Assembly: GCA_963774955.1 (NCBI GenBank)
Contig: CAVZGV010000006.1
Location: forward strand, 159,224-223,223
DNA: 64,000 nt
Source: Candidatus Falkowbacteria bacterium
GTDB lineage: Bacteria; Patescibacteriota; Patescibacteriia; CAIXNZ01
Direction of reading: 5' to 3'
Position 1 is the stretch's first letter; every line of letters starts with the position of its first letter. Under the pieces are notes generated by a model that did not search any database, had not been told where the DNA came from, and saw nothing but the letters and a program-made list of their open reading frames with translations. The translations under genes were made by a program, and so were the position numbers. Positions 58,684-64,000 of this stretch are shown here, piece by piece.

Positions 58684-60750
58684 ATGGTAAAAAAACTTAT
58701 TACAATTAGTCTTTTGGTTCTAACTTTAGCCGTTTTATTAAATTTAAACTGGCTCCAATCCCCTTCTTTAGGGGTGGTTTTAAGTTTAGCTTATTTACTG
58801 ATCTTCGGTTATTTACTGGGAAAGATCATTTTCCCGAACCAAGATAACGCTTGGAAAATTGTTTTTGGGCCTTTTTCTCTGTTATCAACCTACTCACTTA
58901 TTGGTGCCATAATTTACTATCTGTACCGCCTAGACCAGCTTGTTGTCAGTATTATCTTGGCTATCTGTTCCCTGACAATAATTTATTTCCGCGACACCAA
59001 AACTCAAACTTTAAATTTTAATTTCAGACCATCTTTAACGAACATAAAGTCATACTTGCAATCCCTACCCTTAACTCTCAGCTATTTAATTTTAGTTACC
59101 CTCTCGATTTATATAGTTTTTACCCACGGCACAACAGAGGCAATAAAATCGCCCTGGCAAATTATTCCCTCTGCCTTTTTTATTATTTATTTCCTGGCGA
59201 CTTTTAACCTGATTTTTCTTTTATTTAAATTTAAAAGTTTTTTAAATTATTATTTAGTCTGGCTGCATTTTTTTGTAACTACCGGTATAGCTTTGTTTAT
59301 TTACCGACTGGGCTTTGGCTTTGATCCTTTTATCCATCAGGCTACTGAACTGGCGATTTTCAAGCAGGGCCTGATTTTACCCAAGCCATTTTACTATCTT
59401 GGACAATATTCTTTAGTCATAACCCTGTCACATTTATTTCAAGTTTCCGTTAGCTGGCTAGATAAGCTTTTACTCCCCTTACTTTTGGCGATTTTCTTAC
59501 CGTTTACCTTGGCAACTACATTCATTAAAACTTTTAACTGGCCAAAGAATCTGGCCTGGATTTTGAGTCTGCTCTTTTTGATTCTTCCCTTTGAACTTTT
59601 TATTGCCACGACACCCCAAGCCCTGGCCAATCTTTTTGCCATTATAATTCTATTCCTTTCATTTCTCTACCTCAAAGACCGTCAAATACCGTTTTGGTAC
59701 CTATGCATTTTGGCACTAACCACTCTGGCAATCCACGCCCTTTCCGGCATCCCGGTTGCCATATATTTAATCCTGGTCTGGCTAATCAGCCACAAAAACA
59801 AAATGACTCAAGTGCTATTACCGATATTCGCCATATTCGCTGGGCTTTCTTTACCATTCGCATTATATCTAAACTCTCTGATTTCTATTTATTCAGTAAG
59901 CTTCAACTGGCAAAATTTCAATTTACTCTCCTGGCCAACAATCTTTAGCCGCCAATTTAATTTCTTTCTTGACCTAGCTTACTTGTATCAATATAGTATT
60001 CATTGGTTGTTACTTTTTTTTGTAATAGTAACATTATATACAGTTATAAAAAAACATTTATTGCCGTACTTTCTGCCCTGTTTACTGACCTTTTTAATTC
60101 TGGCTATTAATGCCGTCTTTCTGAATTTTACCAAAGTATCAATGATCATTGACTATGAGCAAGCTGAATTTTCCCAACGAGTTTTACAATTAGCCCTCTA
60201 CTTTTTATTGCCTATTGCCATCTATGGTTTATACCAAATTTTAGAGAAATTAAAGACTAAAACCTTTATCTATCAATCTGCTTTTATAATTGGCCTTACT
60301 CTTGCACTCACCCTGACTCTATATTTAAGTTACCCCCGTTTTGACGACTACGACAATTCCAAGTTTATTAATGTTTCCCTATCTGACTTTCAAACCGTAA
60401 ACTTTATAGAACAAAACAGTCAAGGTCAAAATTATATAGTCTTAGCTAATCAAATGGCCTCGGCTGCAGCCATTAAAACCTTCGGCTTTTCCAGATATTA
60501 CAATGGACAATATTTTTATCCGATACCCACGGGAGGAGAACTTTACCGCTATTTTGAAACCATGATTTATGAGACTCCGGACAAAAAAAACCTGGAACAA
60601 GCCATGGATAAAGTCGGAGTCAAAGTCGCCTATTTTATTCTGCCTTCGTACTGGAGCCGTTATGCTCTGATAACCGAAGAGGCTAAAAAACACGCTGATG
60701 TGATCTATAACCTAGATGATAAAGTTATGATTTTCAAATATTTTCGTTAA
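58684..60750 (+). CDS. Polytopic membrane protein (possible GT-C)
   Basis: More than 15 hydrophobic segments; GFDPFIH. Confidence 0.65.
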   Translation: MVKKLITISLLVLTLAVLLNLNWLQSPSLGVVLSLAYLLIFGYLLGKIIFPNQDNAWKIVFGPFSLLSTYSLIGAIIYYLYRLDQLVVSIILAICSLTIIYFRDTKTQTLNFNFRPSLTNIKSYLQSLPLTLSYLILVTLSIYIVFTHGTTEAIKSPWQIIPSAFFIIYFLATFNLIFLLFKFKSFLNYYLVWLHFFVTTGIALFIYRLGFGFDPFIHQATELAIFKQGLILPKPFYYLGQYSLVITLSHLFQVSVSWLDKLLLPLLLAIFLPFTLATTFIKTFNWPKNLAWILSLLFLILPFELFIATTPQALANLFAIIILFLSFLYLKDRQIPFWYLCILALTTLAIHALSGIPVAIYLILVWLISHKNKMTQVLLPIFAIFAGLSLPFALYLNSLISIYSVSFNWQNFNLLSWPTIFSRQFNFFLDLAYLYQYSIHWLLLFFVIVTLYTVIKKHLLPYFLPCLLTFLILAINAVFLNFTKVSMIIDYEQAEFSQRVLQLALYFLLPIAIYGLYQILEKLKTKTFIYQSAFIIGLTLALTLTLYLSYPRFDDYDNSKFINVSLSDFQTVNFIEQNSQGQNYIVLANQMASAAAIKTFGFSRYYNGQYFYPIPTGGELYRYFETMIYETPDKKNLEQAMDKVGVKVAYFILPSYWSRYALITEEAKKHADVIYNLDDKVMIFKYFR

Positions 60751-60775
60751 AAACCCGTTCTTTCAAGGAGGAAAA

Positions 60776-61141
60776 ATGCCCCGACCTGATACAGAGCTGC
60801 TAATAAGGTTTGAGCGTATTAATCGCCTTTATTTTCAAGGGCAATACCGGCTAAAAAGCCTAGCCTGGTCTTCACAGCCGTTTACCGGGATCTATCGCGG
60901 TTATGACTGCGCTGGATGCTGGGCATTTTTTACACCAACGCATCGAATCTACCTGAATGTTTGCCTGAAAGGCAAATGCCCCCTATATGTGCTTGATTAC
61001 CTGATCTATCACGAATGCCTGCACTTATATTGGAATCGACATTGTCAAAGTTTCATGGCCGAGGAACAAAAGTTCAAACATTATCTCAAAGCCGATCAAT
61101 GGCTAAAAAAACATGAACAACTAAAAAAAGCGACTTGCTAA
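60776..61141 (+). CDS. Small zinc metallopeptidase (YgjP/SprT-like)
   Basis: YLIYHECLH...H...F; AAGGAGG RBS. Confidence 0.75.
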   Translation: MPRPDTELLIRFERINRLYFQGQYRLKSLAWSSQPFTGIYRGYDCAGCWAFFTPTHRIYLNVCLKGKCPLYVLDYLIYHECLHLYWNRHCQSFMAEEQKFKHYLKADQWLKKHEQLKKATC

Positions 61142-61191
61142 GCAGGTCGCCTTTTTATATACTGCCGATAAATTTTTGATTTTATAGTTTA

Positions 61192-62583
61192 TTATTTTGC
61201 CTGACCGTTTTCTACCCAAATCACATTTGAACAGCTGAAATTCTGTGCCTGATCCAGGCTGCAAACCCGATAATACACATTGCCCGGACTGGTAATATTT
61301 ACTTCTTTATCCAAATAAGACTCATTGCCCTTGGTTGTCTTGGTCAGATATCCGGCAGTCGGAAATAATAAATTAGCATCAGTGATTGATTTCAATATTC
61401 TATATTCCTTAAAATCTTCTTCATTATTAGCTGTCCAGCTCAAGCTGACTCCACTGACTGAAATTATTGCCTGAAGCTGAGGCACTGCTGGCGGTGTAGA
61501 ATCTTTAGCTGCGACCGAAATATCAAGCACATTGCCACAACTGACTTTTGCACTGGTTTTAACCACACAAACACGATAATAATACTGCTTCCCCGCCCCG
61601 ACTGTATCATCGGTAAAAGATACCAAGTCCTTATTAGCTGAAGATTTGATAACAAGATCATCCGGATATTTCAGATCGCTATGTTGTTCTGAACGGACTA
61701 TTTTATACAGACTAAAATTATCCGCAACATAAGGTGACCAGCTCAATTTCACGCTACCAACCTTTTGTTCGGCCTTAAGCGCCAAGCTGTCACTAATTAT
61801 TTCGTAGTTCGGCTCCTGTTCCGGCAAAACTTCAACCAAACCCTTATCCAGATCAAAATTCCATTTATACCAGGTTTCCTTGGCCAAGATCTGCTGTTCA
61901 AAAGTATCTATTTTGAACAGATCTTTTTTAGCGGCCTTAAAGTCTATCAGTGCTTTTTCATTAGCATCCAAACGACTGGACATTAAAATATTATCCTTAT
62001 CCATAATATCGACTTTCACCTGATTTTCCATAACTAAAATAGCCAGATATTCTGTTTCGTCATTTACAATAATTTCAAATTTTGTGCCTAAAGCGGTAAT
62101 TTTCGCCTGTAAAACAACAACCTGATACTGTCCAGCTGTGGTTATATTATTGTATATTCTACCTCTTAATAACTTTATGACCACATTATTTTCATCCAGC
62201 TTATCTACGATTATTTCAGTATTTGCAGCCAAACGAATCTTAGTCCCGTCATCGAGACCCAAAACCGCGAGACTGTTTTCACCGGTTTTTATTTTGTCGC
62301 CCTGATGTAAAACTGCTTTATCAATGGCTTTCTCATAGCCTTTAACCGCGATATCTACCATAACATCGCCTTGCAAAAGGCTAATTTCGCCGCTGATTAT
62401 TTTTGTTTCTATAATCTCTGCATTATTTAAATTATCCTCCAGAACCGGCTTGTTTAATTCAATTTTAGAAAAATAATTAATATAGAACCAATAAATCAAA
62501 GCGCCGACAATCATAAAAATGAGGACTACAATTACCCATTGGAAAGGATTGCTTTTTCTTTTATAATAATACATCATAGACAA
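61192..62583 (-). CDS. FecR-domain protein with fibronectin type III-like domains
   Basis: TM segment, GDKIKTG...DGTKIRL, GTKF, and LSW...Y...YYYRV twice. Confidence 0.75.
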   Translation of the reverse strand: MSMMYYYKRKSNPFQWVIVVLIFMIVGALIYWFYINYFSKIELNKPVLEDNLNNAEIIETKIISGEISLLQGDVMVDIAVKGYEKAIDKAVLHQGDKIKTGENSLAVLGLDDGTKIRLAANTEIIVDKLDENNVVIKLLRGRIYNNITTAGQYQVVVLQAKITALGTKFEIIVNDETEYLAILVMENQVKVDIMDKDNILMSSRLDANEKALIDFKAAKKDLFKIDTFEQQILAKETWYKWNFDLDKGLVEVLPEQEPNYEIISDSLALKAEQKVGSVKLSWSPYVADNFSLYKIVRSEQHSDLKYPDDLVIKSSANKDLVSFTDDTVGAGKQYYYRVCVVKTSAKVSCGNVLDISVAAKDSTPPAVPQLQAIISVSGVSLSWTANNEEDFKEYRILKSITDANLLFPTAGYLTKTTKGNESYLDKEVNITSPGNVYYRVCSLDQAQNFSCSNVIWVENGQAK

Positions 62584-62595
62584 AGTCCAAAGTAT

Positions 62596-62630
62596 AAGCC
62601 GCGGAGCGGCTTCCCGCTACGCGGGAAAGT
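62596..62630. repeat. 35-bp REP-like repeat, copy 2
   Basis: Identical to 24223-24257. Confidence 0.85.
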
Positions 62631-62690
62631 TAAAAGTCTAAAGTTTTGGCATAATTTAAATAATATATCCCATTATTTAGCCTTTAACCT

Positions 62691-63869
62691 TTACAGCGAT
62701 AATAACTTATAGATATAATTTTTTATATCCCACTCTGTTGCTCTTATTTTAGCATTTTCTGACATTTGTGTGAACTTATCCACGTTATCCTGGCAGTGTC
62801 TCAGCTTATTCAACAGGCTGATTTTATTACCAGCCTCAAAAAGATAGCCGTTTACTCCCTCCTGAACTAATTCAGGCACTCCGCCGATTGCCGCGGCAAT
62901 GACCGGAGTCCCGCAATTAAAGCTGTCGTAAATCAAAGTCGGTGAATTTTCATAGCATAATGATGGCAAAACCGCATAATGTATCTTCTTAAATACCTGC
63001 TGACTCAATAAATTAGCGGGAATATAGCCCATAAATTCCAGCCACTTGGCTTGCCCATATTTTTCTCTCAAGGCTTTTTCCAGCCTGCCTTTACCCACAA
63101 TATATAATTTACAATTATTATCCCGGGCAAATTCTTCAAAAACTTTAAGTAATAAAATAATGCCTTTGTGTCGTTCTAACTGTCCCAAAAAAAGATAATT
63201 AATCTTCTGGTCGGGAAAAACTTTTTTATAATCAACCGGTTCCAGAATAACTGGATTGGGCAAAATAACTTTTTGCGATTTAGCGAAAAAACCGTAATTA
63301 GTATAAAAGTCCAGCAGCCATTTTGAAGGTGAAACAACAATTTCAGGACTGTTAAAAAGCGCCTTAGTTATCTGGGCAAATACCCAGCAGTAAAAACCCA
63401 GATGTTCCTTACCCTTAATAATTAGACCTGACGGATTGACCAACTGAACATCATGAAGTGTATGAATATTCCTAATTTTCAGACTCCTTACGGCTTTTAA
63501 TGTTAAATAACCCAAGCCCTTAAGATTGTGAGTTAAGACTAATTGCGGGTTTTCCTGTTTTAATATTTTCTTCACCTGATAATACGAATGCAAATTAAAA
63601 GTATCAACAATATGCCAAATAAACCTTGGCCAGAAAGGCTGGGAATTAATATCGACGAAAGAAAAAATGTTTTTCGGATAAAAACGATAGACCTTAATAT
63701 CATCCATTTCCTTGGCTGAAAATTTTGTTTTTTCAGGCTTGGCCGAAATGGTAATTACAAAAACATCGTGGCCGTTTTTTTTCAGTTCTTTAACGATATT
63801 GGAAAAAACCACTTCTGCTCCCCCGCGCCGATACGGCTTATAGAGACTATTAATGAGAGCAATTTTCAT
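62691..63869 (-). CDS. GT4 glycosyltransferase
   Basis: GGAE, TLHD, KG, PS..YEN.P and GGVPE. Confidence 0.9.
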   Translation of the reverse strand: MKIALINSLYKPYRRGGAEVVFSNIVKELKKNGHDVFVITISAKPEKTKFSAKEMDDIKVYRFYPKNIFSFVDINSQPFWPRFIWHIVDTFNLHSYYQVKKILKQENPQLVLTHNLKGLGYLTLKAVRSLKIRNIHTLHDVQLVNPSGLIIKGKEHLGFYCWVFAQITKALFNSPEIVVSPSKWLLDFYTNYGFFAKSQKVILPNPVILEPVDYKKVFPDQKINYLFLGQLERHKGIILLLKVFEEFARDNNCKLYIVGKGRLEKALREKYGQAKWLEFMGYIPANLLSQQVFKKIHYAVLPSLCYENSPTLIYDSFNCGTPVIAAAIGGVPELVQEGVNGYLFEAGNKISLLNKLRHCQDNVDKFTQMSENAKIRATEWDIKNYIYKLLSL

Positions 63870-63871
63870 AA

Positions 63872-64000
63872 TTATTTAACTAATTTTTTATATAGATTTT
63901 CCAACTGGAGGATTAATGTCTGCTGATTGTATGTTTTTTCCGTCCTCTCTCTGGCGGCCTGGCCCATCTTGCTTCGGTAGTCGTCATTAAATAGTAGTTT
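63872..64000 (-). CDS. C-terminal end of a probable GT4 glycosyltransferase (runs off the window)
   Basis: ...LFNDDYRSKMGQAARERTEKTY...LENLY. Confidence 0.6.
   Translation of the reverse strand, partial: KLLFNDDYRSKMGQAARERTEKTYNQQTLILQLENLYKKLVK

Noticed and set aside
1-64000. Prophage, tRNA or rRNA genes
   Set aside because: I recognised no integrase, structural phage genes, tRNA cloverleaf or rRNA sequence; the DGR appears chromosomal.

Overview
AT-rich chromosomal segment that looks like a Patescibacteria/CPR (Parcubacteria-like) genome; this assignment is inferred from gene content and style. Housekeeping genes include murG-ftsW-murD, mraY, murA, an iscR-iscU-nfu-iscS block, rpmA, rplI, a frameshifted pyrG, ctpA, rfbA/B/C/D, arfB and glycosyltransferases. 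The main feature is a complete diversity-generating retroelement (DGR) at about 17.4-22.6 kb. It has an RT (YGDD, IGNLTSQ), a 113-bp template repeat (18727-18839) and two target genes whose variable repeats differ from the template only at template adenines (19/19 and 22/22 mismatches, counted by hand). Its layout is unusual: avd is inverted, lies between TR and RT, overlaps the RT 5' end and stops exactly at the TR 3' end. A third, remote paralogous target (25-1140) also has 13 non-adenine mismatches, suggesting a second template or an orphaned target. The DGR core is bracketed by two apparently identical 1069-bp IS copies, both inserted at the same position of a REP-like palindrome and both needing a frameshift at an A8 run. 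Other notable items are a candidate structured ncRNA (about 14.9-15.3 kb), a double-ATP-grasp/MurL-like/Ddl-like cluster beside murG, two R-S-E ADP-ribosyltransferase-like paralogs, a RAYT with an altered HUH motif, in-frame REP insertions and one high-GC lipoprotein gene. No database searches were run; family calls come from motif recognition.
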